NCBI GenBank assembly: GCA_937127125.1
Contig: CAKZLO010000006.1
Span: forward strand, 5,535-69,534
Reading direction: 5' to 3'
DNA: 64,000 nt
Source of the DNA: an uncultured Ardenticatenia bacterium
GTDB lineage: Bacteria; Chloroflexota; Anaerolineae; 4572-78; NAK82
Part shown: positions 28,570 to 37,649 of the stretch, one piece after another
Numbering within the stretch: position 1 is the first letter of the stretch
Layout: the number at the start of each line of letters is the position of its first letter
Notes under the pieces: model-generated
Told to the model about the DNA's origin: nothing
Database searches by the model: none
What the model saw: only the letters and a program-made list of their open reading frames with translations
Made by a program: the position numbers and the translations under genes

Positions 28570-30641
28570 GACTTCAGCCGATACAGGACGTAAGCTACCC
28601 CATCGTCATATAGGGCTTCCAGGTAGTGCATTTGAAGGTCAGCCAAGACACCCAAGTCATTGGCAGAAATAGGGTCACTGCCCTCTTGAATAGCTATTCT
28701 GAAGATTGTGCGATTGAGCAACACGTGAGTGACGCCCTGCTCGGCAAGTGCCCGTGCCAGATGCGACGCATCGCCATATTGGCGCACCAGGTAGACCAGG
28801 TTGTCATATAACGAATCGGGGATACAAACGTTTTGACAATGATAGGTGCGCGGTTCCCATAGAAACAGGGTCTTGGTGGTGGGTGGCAGCACATTGATCT
28901 GGTGCATTGCAGCCGTGTAGGCACTGCCCACGCGACGTGCTACATAGGCATCGCGTGACTCAACGCCCAGCAGGGACGCCAGTGGCTGTTCCTGGACAAA
29001 GCCGCTCATCAGGGTGAAAACATAGAGAATCAACACCAATACCACAGCTGTCCGTACTACCCACGCAACCGAAAAGATGCGACTGTTTAACACAGGCAGG
29101 CGCTGTAGTACCAGCGCAGCCACCAACGCTAACAAGGGAAAGATGGGAAACAGCAACCGACTCTGCATTAGCAACGCCGATCGCGCTACGCCCCATAGCC
29201 AGATGGCATAAAGCACTCCAGCGAAGAGCCCCATCCACGCCAAACTGCGTTTCTCTTCTCTGCTGATGCCACGCCACAAGCATAGGAGACCGGGCAACAG
29301 CGCCAGCAACAACGGTCCCAATGTCGCTTGGTAGCCTGCTTTGCCCTCGATGCCGAAGATGGTCATCTCCCATGGTGCTGCCAGCAGGCGCCATGGCTGC
29401 GTCGCCAGGCCGCTGCCGACACGGTCCCACCATGCTGTGCGGCCGGCATCCCAGGTTACACCGCCCCATATGTAAGGATAGAGCGGATTGCCCATCAGCA
29501 GCCAGTTGCGCAAATACCACGGGGCCGCCACAACCGCGGCCAGGCCACCCAGACAAGCTAGCTGCAGCAAACTGACGCGCCATGTGGCCCGACGCAAGCG
29601 CAACATCACCAGGACTGCACCGGCCAAAGGATGCCACAGCGCAGTGTACTTGGTCGCCATGGCTAGGCCACAAAACACAGCCGCCAGCACCAGCCAGCGC
29701 CAACGTGTCTCCTGCAACCATAGTGTTAGAGCACAGAAGAATAGCAATGTGTAAAACATCAATGCTACGTCCACGTAGGGCCACGTTGCCACAAGCAAGA
29801 TCGTCGGCACAGTGGTGAGGAGGGCAGCAACTGGCCAAACGAGCTCCAGATGCCACAGCCGCTGGCCCAGCTTCGCAGCGCCTAGGATTGTCAGCGGCAA
29901 GAAGGTGAAGTGGATCAACTGCGGTGAGCTGTCGCCGCTCAGCGCCCGTGTGAAGGTAAAGAGCATCTGGATTAGTCCGGGGAATCCAGCATACGCGCTA
30001 TCCACTGGCACGAAGATGGAACGATGCGCCAAATAAAGCTGTACCTGGCGCAGATGGTACACTGCAGCGTCAAAGGCGTAGGGCGGCGCAAGCGCCCAAA
30101 TGAACCCCAGCGCTAAACATATCAGAGCGACGCAAGCCAGCAACCACTCGAAGCGTCCGCAAGGGCGAGGAACAACGGTGCGCATCGTCTGCCACGCCAA
30201 TTGCAGAGGTTGAGGGCGCAGCAACTGCCAGACTAGCAGGGCAATCCCCAACAATCCCACCCAAAGAGGGTGCAGGAGCCCAAGCCACCCCAACGCCATC
30301 ACGGCATAACCCAACACTGCCAGCCCCAGCCCTAATCCGAAGAGGAGCTGCTCGGCAGATGTCAAACCATAGCTGATCATCCACACCAAGCGTAGTCCAC
30401 TGCCCACTGCGATAGTGAGTACCCAAAGCCAGAGAACCACGTCGAGCACCACTAACCCAATCGCACGCAGTTGTGGCAGGTCGAAAGGCTTGTGCACGAT
30501 ATGGTAGGCGGCCAACACGATGAACAGCCAGGCAATCAGCCCAGCCGCTGGCAACATGGAACGAACTATCCGCAATGTCGCCAGCTGGCTATTCTCCGAA
30601 GACGGTTCAGATTTCTGAACGATCTCACCCGATTCAGGCAT
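28566..30641 (-). CDS. GT-C fold (ArnT/PMT_2-like) membrane protein with a C-terminal soluble domain
   Basis: 691 aa with more than 12 TM helices and an ATKYTALW-type segment. First gene of a four-gene same-strand block. Confidence 0.6.
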   Translation of the reverse strand: MPESGEIVQKSEPSSENSQLATLRIVRSMLPAAGLIAWLFIVLAAYHIVHKPFDLPQLRAIGLVVLDVVLWLWVLTIAVGSGLRLVWMISYGLTSAEQLLFGLGLGLAVLGYAVMALGWLGLLHPLWVGLLGIALLVWQLLRPQPLQLAWQTMRTVVPRPCGRFEWLLACVALICLALGFIWALAPPYAFDAAVYHLRQVQLYLAHRSIFVPVDSAYAGFPGLIQMLFTFTRALSGDSSPQLIHFTFLPLTILGAAKLGQRLWHLELVWPVAALLTTVPTILLVATWPYVDVALMFYTLLFFCALTLWLQETRWRWLVLAAVFCGLAMATKYTALWHPLAGAVLVMLRLRRATWRVSLLQLACLGGLAAVVAAPWYLRNWLLMGNPLYPYIWGGVTWDAGRTAWWDRVGSGLATQPWRLLAAPWEMTIFGIEGKAGYQATLGPLLLALLPGLLCLWRGISREEKRSLAWMGLFAGVLYAIWLWGVARSALLMQSRLLFPIFPLLALVAALVLQRLPVLNSRIFSVAWVVRTAVVLVLILYVFTLMSGFVQEQPLASLLGVESRDAYVARRVGSAYTAAMHQINVLPPTTKTLFLWEPRTYHCQNVCIPDSLYDNLVYLVRQYGDASHLARALAEQGVTHVLLNRTIFRIAIQEGSDPISANDLGVLADLQMHYLEALYDDGVAYVLYRLKS

Positions 30642-30760
30642 CGGGCTGCTCCTATGCCCGTCCAGTCTCGCGTGCTATAGTTGTCGGGCGGCGCACGTCT
30701 GTTTCGTGCTTTTCTCTTACTTGCCTGTGAAACTTGCTCGCACTTGCAGCGCACGAGCTG

Positions 30761-31612
30761 CTATTGGGGAGGTAACTCGTTCAGAATCCCCTTGATCAGC
30801 TCGGTCAGGCGCGGCACGATCACCTTAGCGACTTCTAACACTTCCTCATGGGTGGTGCGTCGTTCGGTCGTGGGTTGGTCGAGCGCAATGTTGCTGATGC
30901 CGGAAATACCTAACACGCGCATGCCGGCGTGGCGCGCAACGGTTACCTCGGGCGCGGTGGACATACCAACGGCATCCCCACCAATCAGGCGCAGGAAGCG
31001 CACCTCGGCAGGAGTCTCAAACGAGGGACCAGCGACACAAATGTAAACACCCTCGTGGATCGGCAACCCACGATGCTGAGCGACACGTCGTGCCAGCGTT
31101 CGCAATGTTGGATCGTACACTTGGGACATGTCCGGAAAACGCGGCCCCAATTCATCGAGGTTGGGACCGCGCAGCGGATGAGCTCCCGCCATACCTACCA
31201 AATTGATATGATCGCTGAGCACCATTAGATCGCCAGGCGCAAAGGTGGGGTTCAGTGCACCAGCAGCATTGGTGACAATCAGGGTGTGGACGCCCAGCAG
31301 GCGCAACACGCGCACCGGAAATGTGATCTGGTACATCGAGTAGCCTTCATAGTAATGCGCGCGCCCCTGAAGCACCACAACGTAATGGCCAGCCAAGCTG
31401 CCTACGGTAAGCGCACCGGTGTGCCCGGTAACGGTTGAGACTGGGAAGAGGGGAATCTGAGTATAGGGGATAGTCCGGCCATCCTCCATCGCATCCGCCA
31501 GTGAACTCATACCGGACCCCAGAATGACACCCACTTGAGGTGTGCGTGTACAGTGCTGACGGATGGTATCCGCTGCCATGTGTAACTGATCAGAACTGGG
31601 AGGATGCTCCAT
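30761..31612 (-). CDS. punA: purine nucleoside phosphorylase (PunA type)
   Basis: From memory, collinear with Bacillus subtilis PunA: GSGMSSLAD, FPVSTVTGHTG, YEGYSM..ITFPVRV, VTNAAGALN, RFPDMS, ETPAEVRFLR..G.DAVGMSTAPEV. Confidence 0.9.
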   Translation of the reverse strand: MEHPPSSDQLHMAADTIRQHCTRTPQVGVILGSGMSSLADAMEDGRTIPYTQIPLFPVSTVTGHTGALTVGSLAGHYVVVLQGRAHYYEGYSMYQITFPVRVLRLLGVHTLIVTNAAGALNPTFAPGDLMVLSDHINLVGMAGAHPLRGPNLDELGPRFPDMSQVYDPTLRTLARRVAQHRGLPIHEGVYICVAGPSFETPAEVRFLRLIGGDAVGMSTAPEVTVARHAGMRVLGISGISNIALDQPTTERRTTHEEVLEVAKVIVPRLTELIKGILNELPPQ

Positions 31613-31614
31613 AG

Positions 31615-32247
31615 TTATAACCTGTCCAGCAACATCTTCTTCTTTTCGTCGAACTCCTGTTGGGTGAGGATGCCCTGTCGGCGCAATTCCTCCAGCTGAG
31701 CTATCAGACGCAGAACATTAGGATCCCCAATAGAGGGTGCTGGTACCATATTCTCTGTGATCTCTATGCCCAGCCCAGCTTTTTGGTTCAACATAGCGGT
31801 TTTGAAACCAAGTGGATCCTTAATGCGTTGCATGCGATTTACACCCATCTCGCTGGCCGTCATTATCTCAATATCGCCATAGTTCAGCAGACGTCCCCAA
31901 AGGGACTGTATCAGTGCCACGTCGTTCACCTTCTCCAACGAGGAGTCAATCACATGTTTGGTGATAATACCTTCCGTCTGGATAACGCGTCGATTGGTGA
32001 TAATGTATTGTTCATTCCACCACTTCAACAACATTACCACGAAACGACCCAGTGGGAGCAACAGCACCACCAATGCGAGCAGAAGGGGTGGAAATGCCAA
32101 GACGGTGGCTGAAATGAACACGGCAGCAGCCAGAAGAAACGCTGGGATAAGGTTGGCGATGGCATGATACAATAATACGATCCAGTGTTGACGGGTGGTG
32201 AAAACGATGTACTCGCCGCTGGCGAGCAGCTTTTCTTCGTATCTCAT
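31615..32247 (-). CDS. membrane bacterial PH-domain (bPH_2/YdbT-like) protein with a C-terminal SHOCT domain
   Basis: Two TM helices, then YIITNRRVIQTEGIITK...DIEI (bPH_2-like). The C-terminal LEELRRQGILTQQEFDEKKKMLLDRL matches the SHOCT pattern. Its stop is 2 nt from the punA start. Confidence 0.65.
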   Translation of the reverse strand: MRYEEKLLASGEYIVFTTRQHWIVLLYHAIANLIPAFLLAAAVFISATVLAFPPLLLALVVLLLPLGRFVVMLLKWWNEQYIITNRRVIQTEGIITKHVIDSSLEKVNDVALIQSLWGRLLNYGDIEIMTASEMGVNRMQRIKDPLGFKTAMLNQKAGLGIEITENMVPAPSIGDPNVLRLIAQLEELRRQGILTQQEFDEKKKMLLDRL

Positions 32248-32380
32248 TGCAGGTTCCTCAACGCGCGAAGTATGATGTACGACCTGCCGAGGCGAGAGAT
32301 GCTGGCATACTCCATCAGCTGGTCACCAGTGGCAAGGAACAGCGATGCAGGGACCTCGCACACGGCCGAGCTGATTTGCC

Positions 32381-33319
32381 CTATAGATCGCTTTCTTGGC
32401 TGACCTGCTGGTACACCTGAGTAGTCGAGATATTGGCGTGTCCCAGCAGCTTCTGAATGTCCTGCAACGACTTACCCTGGCTCAACTTGTGCGCTGCAAA
32501 AGAGTGACGCAGCGTGTGAGGGGTAACGTCCTGGGCTATGCCCACCTGTTCCACATAGTGTTTGATGATCAACCACAATCCTTGACGTGTCAACCGCTGA
32601 CCACGATGGTTCAGGAACAGAGCCTTCTCGTTAGGGCTGTGCACCAGCTGGGTGCGTCCGTGTTCCAGATAGGATGCGACCGCCTGGGTAGCCGTGTCGC
32701 CGATGCCGATAACGCGCTCTTTGCTGGGTGTCTTCTTGCCGTGGATGCGCACTGTACCGGCCTGTAGATCAATATCGCTCACATCCAACGACACCAGCTC
32801 GGTGACGCGCATGCCCGAGGCATACAGGAGTTCCAGCAAAGCGTGGTCACGTCGTGCTTTGGGCGTGTCGCTGTTGGCGGGAGCGGCAAGCAGTCGTTCA
32901 ATATCGCGGCGTGGAATTGCCTTGGGCAGGCGTTTCTTGACCTTGGGCGAGTCGAGAGTGACCGTCGGGTCGCTGCGAACAACTCCCGCTGCTACCAAAT
33001 AATGGAAGAAAGACTTAAGTGCAGCCACTTTGCGGGCGACTGTGGAAGAGGTGTATTCTCGCTCCTTGAGCTCCAGAATGTAGGAGACGATTGTGTCCTT
33101 TTCGACGTCACTCCACGTAAGAGACGCGAGGGAGCCTTTCTCCGCGGAGACCGTCTCGGCGGTCGCACCTCTTTCGTATGCTGCTTGTTGTCTCCCAAAC
33201 CGCCCTTGCAAATAGCCCAGGAACTGGGTGAGATCGTTGCGATAAGCAGCAATTGTGTTTTCAGAATATTTCTTTTCAGTCGCCAGAAAGTCGAGAAAAG
33301 CTTGGATTTGTTCTTCCAT
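32381..33319 (-). CDS. xerC: tyrosine recombinase XerC/XerD
   Basis: N-terminal SAM-like domain (LDFLATEKKYSENTIAAYRNDL), catalytic R (GMRVTELVSL), HTLRHSFAAH, and LGHANISTTQVY containing the catalytic Tyr. Confidence 0.85.
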   Translation of the reverse strand: MEEQIQAFLDFLATEKKYSENTIAAYRNDLTQFLGYLQGRFGRQQAAYERGATAETVSAEKGSLASLTWSDVEKDTIVSYILELKEREYTSSTVARKVAALKSFFHYLVAAGVVRSDPTVTLDSPKVKKRLPKAIPRRDIERLLAAPANSDTPKARRDHALLELLYASGMRVTELVSLDVSDIDLQAGTVRIHGKKTPSKERVIGIGDTATQAVASYLEHGRTQLVHSPNEKALFLNHRGQRLTRQGLWLIIKHYVEQVGIAQDVTPHTLRHSFAAHKLSQGKSLQDIQKLLGHANISTTQVYQQVSQESDL

Positions 33320-33430
33320 AGCGCTACTCCTTGTCTCTCATGCAAGTGTTGCCTCAATCAACACTCTGGCTTCAGCTTATCATCTTTATTGTACCACGAC
33401 TTTTCATAAAATCAAGTTCGACCTCAAGAT

Positions 33431-33469
33431 AAAAACACCCTCTTCCCCACATAGGGCGGAGAGGGCGTG
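33431..33469 (-). terminator. intrinsic terminator after the isomerase-like gene
   Basis: On the minus strand, CGCCCUCUCCGCCC-UAUG-UGGGGAAGAGGGUG is a long imperfect GC-rich stem followed by UUUUUAU. Confidence 0.6.
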
Positions 33470-33510
33470 CCAGATATGTATGGCGATTTCGATTGCCAGA
33501 CCGGGAGCCC

Positions 33511-34878
33511 TTAAATCACCTCGATGCCCAATACGTGGCACAAATCGATCAGCGATTCTCGGTGGTCGCCGTATGCGAAGAAGAAATGTTGACTTAACAC
33601 CCGCTGGGCGAATTCTTCCAATGGGGTTTCTAATATCACTTCTAGGCTTGGCAGCTGTGGCGCTGGCTGCTCCCAGCCGGCCTCTTCCCACTTGCGTGGT
33701 GTCACCGCTTCACCTGTGGCGATGTGCATGCGATAGCGGTCTCCGCGACTGGCTAAGCGGCAGATGGTAACCCGACCAGCTTTCACCTTTGACACATTTA
33801 GAATACCATCCTCGAGACCACCGAAGCCGGGCCATGGTAACACTCGCACCGGCCCATCGACTATCTCAGAAGGGACATAGTCAGGTACTCCCATCAACAA
33901 TCGGTCGGAGAAGAATTCATAGAACTCAAGATAGGCACCTACCTGACCGGTCAGATAGCGCACTATGAGCTGTGTGACCGCCCCCAGCCCGTCATTTTCC
34001 GGAATAGAGGCAACCCCTCCCTTGTCCGCCAGCAACATCAGCACCATTGCTGGCGGGAAATTGAGCAGCTTCTTGACCCCGAAGACGTCCACAAGGGAAA
34101 TTGCCTGATAGTCGCGCTCGGCAACCTTTTCCATCACAGCCAAATACATGCGGATGCCTCTCTCGAGCGCACTGTCTGCCACAGGCCGCTCAAAGGTCCA
34201 CTCGCGGCGCAGCGTCGCCAGCAAAGAGGTCACGGCGTCGACTGGCACGCGTTCCATCTTCTGCACAATCTCTAGCGTGTCGAAGACCTCAACCTCTGGG
34301 CCTATCACACGCCGCAGTGACACCCCGTCCACCAGGGTGCCGTATAGATTCATGTCCCGGTAGCCCATCATCCCGACGCGCGCCTGCCGAAGCATGGTCA
34401 CGGCGCGGGCCACTTCGGCAAAACGTTTCACTTTGTCCGCAGCGGCATATGGGGCATCAGGAGTGTCATATACATATTTGAAGCGATAACCCAAAGCCTC
34501 CATGGGGTCGCGCAATGCGCTGGTACCCGCCTGGTCGGCAGTTGTCACCAGACGATCGCCTTCCACGTGGCCTGTGAGCCCCCACAGCACCATCGGCTTG
34601 TGGGCAAAGGGATCAATGACGCTGATAACAGAGTGGGAAGGGATCCACCCCGCCACGCAGACCACCAGCACATCGAAATCGGCACGTGCCAGATCCTGAC
34701 GGGCGCGCGCCTCATTCTCACCCCGCGGATCGTCGCAAACGGGAGGCGTGTAAACCAGCTCAATATCTCGTTCTTCGAGCGCCCTCCGCGCAGCCTCAAC
34801 CTTGCGCTCAATCAAGTCACGAGGACTGTTGACCTCACCAAAACCCACAAAGCCAGCTTTTATTCTGCGCAGTCTCAT
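33511..34878 (-). CDS. L-fucose/L-arabinose isomerase family protein
   Basis: N-terminal IKAGFVGFGEVNSP...DFDVLVVCVAGW resembles the FucI/AraA-like N-terminal domain architecture. The assignment is family-level only. Confidence 0.55.
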   Translation of the reverse strand: MRLRRIKAGFVGFGEVNSPRDLIERKVEAARRALEERDIELVYTPPVCDDPRGENEARARQDLARADFDVLVVCVAGWIPSHSVISVIDPFAHKPMVLWGLTGHVEGDRLVTTADQAGTSALRDPMEALGYRFKYVYDTPDAPYAAADKVKRFAEVARAVTMLRQARVGMMGYRDMNLYGTLVDGVSLRRVIGPEVEVFDTLEIVQKMERVPVDAVTSLLATLRREWTFERPVADSALERGIRMYLAVMEKVAERDYQAISLVDVFGVKKLLNFPPAMVLMLLADKGGVASIPENDGLGAVTQLIVRYLTGQVGAYLEFYEFFSDRLLMGVPDYVPSEIVDGPVRVLPWPGFGGLEDGILNVSKVKAGRVTICRLASRGDRYRMHIATGEAVTPRKWEEAGWEQPAPQLPSLEVILETPLEEFAQRVLSQHFFFAYGDHRESLIDLCHVLGIEVI

Positions 34879-35037
34879 CAGTGCTCCCTCCTTCTGGGAC
34901 TTGGGTGTAGCGGAAGAAAATAGGGATTATTAGTGCATCATACAGAAATGCACTGGCTAAAGCAAGCTCTTTTGCGCAGAAGAATCACTCACAACGGGCA
35001 GCTTCCCAACAAGCAACACCCTGTCTGATGGAGAGAT

Positions 35038-35694
35038 TCAGCTCGGAAGCGTGCCGAATACGTAATCCCAGAACGGTGTGCTCACTCCGTAACGAGCGTT
35101 GGGGGTCTTGAAGTGGTGCAACATATGATGTTTCTTGAGATACTTCCAGGCTCGCCCCTGCACCGGGGTATGATGCGTGACATAGTGGATTATATCATAC
35201 GCAATGTACCCGCTCACAAAGCCGGCGAACACTGGCAATAACCAGAGGGATGCACTCAAGAGAAGAGCGAACACTAAATGGAATAGACCGAAGAAAAGCA
35301 CTGCCATCGGTATGCTGACCAGAGGGGGCAACACCAGCCGTGTCTTGCAATGGGGTTGCTGGTGGTGAATCCCATGAAGAAGATAGACCAAGCGCTCCTG
35401 CCAAGGCGTCCGTGGGCGCAAGTGGAATATAAAGCGGTGCGCACAATATTCGACAAACGTCCACACCACAAGACCAAGCACAAATCCAGCCAAGATATGC
35501 CACGGGACCCCAGAACGTGCATTGACATAACTGACGGCAGCGATTACCAGACAAACCAACACCACCGGTATCCAGAGAAGGGGCACTGTAATCCAATGCA
35601 CGTGCGTGAATGCTTCCAGGATGTCCGACTTGAAAACGCGAATGGGCTCTTCGCCACGATGGGTGGAAGGATGTTGGGCAGCAGATGTCGACAT
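35038..35694 (-). CDS. fatty acid hydroxylase / sterol desaturase superfamily membrane protein
   Basis: Histidine boxes HRFIFH, HGIHHQQPH, HYVTHH and HHMLHH within a 4-TM protein. Confidence 0.75.
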   Translation of the reverse strand: MSTSAAQHPSTHRGEEPIRVFKSDILEAFTHVHWITVPLLWIPVVLVCLVIAAVSYVNARSGVPWHILAGFVLGLVVWTFVEYCAHRFIFHLRPRTPWQERLVYLLHGIHHQQPHCKTRLVLPPLVSIPMAVLFFGLFHLVFALLLSASLWLLPVFAGFVSGYIAYDIIHYVTHHTPVQGRAWKYLKKHHMLHHFKTPNARYGVSTPFWDYVFGTLPS

Positions 35695-35931
35695 TGTCCT
35701 CTCTCCTTACCGACGCGAGTAACGTGCTCCATTGTAGTCAATTTGTTAGCAGAGATCAACTAAGAGGGTTGAAAAAGTTCATAATCGCTGAACCAGTTGA
35801 TGCGTGTCCCTGCTGAAAAGACGGTGCATCGCTTTGTGCCCGGAAAGCGGGCGTTTCACATTGCGATGCCGCGCAGAGTATGGTAGCATTCTCGTGTACG
35901 ACACCTCATTCACACCAAGGAGCAAATAGCT

Positions 35932-36690
35932 ATGCGAACTCCCATCGTGGCAGCTAACTGGAAGATGCACAAGACCATCCGAGAGGCAATCGAGCTCACG
36001 CGCGAGGTGCGCAAAGAGCTTATGGACGTTAAGGGAATCGAGGTTGTGCTGTGTCCTCCCTTCACTGCTTTGTCGGCCGTGCGTGACACGCTAGGTTCCT
36101 CGTGGATCAAGCTGGGCGCACAGAACATGTACTTCGAGGAACAAGGAGCCTTTACAGGGGAGGTCTCTCCGCTGATGCTGGCAGAATTGTGCCAGTATGT
36201 CATCTTGGGCCACTCAGAACGTCGCCAATACTTTGGCGAGACAGATGAGGGTGTAAACAAGAAGACCAAGGCAGCGCTGGCGCATAATCTGATTCCAATC
36301 GTTTGCGTGGGGGAGAATCTGGATCAGAATCGCGCCGGACAGACTGCTGCGATTGTCGGCGGTCAGGTACGGGCAGCGTTCCAGGGGCTCAGCCGTGAGG
36401 AAGCTTCCCGTGTGATCATAGCGTATGAACCCGTCTGGGCCATTGGCACCGGCATCGCCGCAGAACCGGCAGAGGTCAACCGCATTATCGGAGTAAGCAT
36501 CCGCGGCGTGCTGGCTGAGCTATATGGAGAGCAGACGGCGCAAACCGTGCGTGTCCAGTACGGTGGCAGCGTCAAACCTGACAATATGGCCGATTTTGCC
36601 CGTCAGCCCGAAATCGATGGAGCTCTGGTCGGTGGAGCAAGCCTTAAAGCAGACAGCTTTGCCGCCATTGTCAAGGCAACTTTAGTCTGA
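35932..36690 (+). CDS. tpiA: triosephosphate isomerase
   Basis: AANWKMHKT, ILGHSERR and AYEPVWAIGTG motifs. AAGGAG RBS. Not adjacent to gap or pgk here. Confidence 0.95.
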   Translation: MRTPIVAANWKMHKTIREAIELTREVRKELMDVKGIEVVLCPPFTALSAVRDTLGSSWIKLGAQNMYFEEQGAFTGEVSPLMLAELCQYVILGHSERRQYFGETDEGVNKKTKAALAHNLIPIVCVGENLDQNRAGQTAAIVGGQVRAAFQGLSREEASRVIIAYEPVWAIGTGIAAEPAEVNRIIGVSIRGVLAELYGEQTAQTVRVQYGGSVKPDNMADFARQPEIDGALVGGASLKADSFAAIVKATLV

Positions 36691-36756
36691 GACGCCCTCA
36701 GGGCAAGGATGGGTCCTGTTTCTCTTCCTGAACGCAAGAGCTGAGCAACACACTTT

Positions 36757-37518
36757 TTGACACGCTTGGAAATCTGGGTTTCTTTCCTCTGGCTGGCTGC
36801 GACCTTCGTGGTGATGCTATGGTTGCATCACTGGCTTGAGGCGCACTTGCAAGGTCTGGTCTATCTCATCACTGGGCATGCGGGCGTGACCCTGTGGGTG
36901 TTTTTTGCCATCTTTCTGCCCGGTACCCTGGTTCACGAGCTGAGTCACTGGATCGTGGCGCGCCTGCTGGGTGTGCGCACTGGCCGCATCGAGATATGGC
37001 CCCGCAGACAAAAAGGTGCCGTCTGGCTGGGTTCCGTGCAGATAGGCCGTGCCGATCCTGTGCGCAGCAGTCTGATCGGCCTGGCACCTCTCATCACAGG
37101 CAGCCTCGCAGCAGCCGCCATAGGTGCACGCCTGCAGCTGGACACGCTGGGCAGTCTGCTCATCGCCCGAGATTGGTCCCTCATATGGCAACGGTTGAGC
37201 ACGTCGGCAGGGTTACCCGACTTCTGGCTGTGGATCTATCTCCTTTTCTCGGTCGCAAATCGCATGTTGCCCAGCCCTGCCGACCGACAAGCCTGGAGGC
37301 CAGTTCTTGTCTTCCTGGGACTTGTGGCGCTTGTACTGTTGTTTTCTGGCTGGACACCCACCGATCTGGAAAGTGTGGGCACCATGCTGAGAGAGACCAT
37401 TGACTTTCTGCTTTATGCCCTAACGCTCATTGTAGCGGTGAACATTCTGGCAGCGCTGCTGGTCGCAGTGCTAGAGATAATCATAAGCTTGGTGAAACGG
37501 CAGAGGGTTGTCTATTGA
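36757..37518 (+). CDS. polytopic membrane protein with an intramembrane HExxH motif (putative zinc metalloprotease, M50/DUF3267-like)
   Basis: LVHELSHWIVARLLGV lies at the end of a predicted TM helix, with about 6 TM segments in total. The TTG start is uncertain. Confidence 0.5.
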   Translation: MTRLEIWVSFLWLAATFVVMLWLHHWLEAHLQGLVYLITGHAGVTLWVFFAIFLPGTLVHELSHWIVARLLGVRTGRIEIWPRRQKGAVWLGSVQIGRADPVRSSLIGLAPLITGSLAAAAIGARLQLDTLGSLLIARDWSLIWQRLSTSAGLPDFWLWIYLLFSVANRMLPSPADRQAWRPVLVFLGLVALVLLFSGWTPTDLESVGTMLRETIDFLLYALTLIVAVNILAALLVAVLEIIISLVKRQRVVY

Positions 37519-37527
37519 GGCGTCCCA

Positions 37528-37568
37528 CATCAAATCGGCGGACCTTTCTTGAGTCCGCCGATTTGATG
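37528..37568. terminator. perfect 16-bp hairpin between convergent genes (bidirectional terminator candidate)
   Basis: CATCAAATCGGCGGAC-CTTTCTTGA-GTCCGCCGATTTGATG. No long U-tract flanks it, but the arms themselves contain AAAT/ATTT. Confidence 0.6.
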
Positions 37569-37649
37569 CATAGCCCAGCAGGTCGAGATGTCTTTCCTTG
37601 GCGTATGGGATCGTCCATCCTCCAACGATCTGCTACCTGATCCAGCCTG

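Noticed and set aside
28960-29856. A 298-aa alternative-frame ORF inside the 691-aa GT-C gene.
   Set aside because: It is on the same strand but out of frame with a coherent polytopic membrane protein. Its translation is Gly/Ala/Cys/Arg-rich with no hydrophobic periodicity.
32381-33319. The tyrosine recombinase as the integrase of a mobile element or island.
   Set aside because: Its domain layout and motifs fit chromosomal XerC/XerD. There is no adjacent tRNA, no flanking direct repeats and no phage or transposon genes. The neighbours are housekeeping genes.
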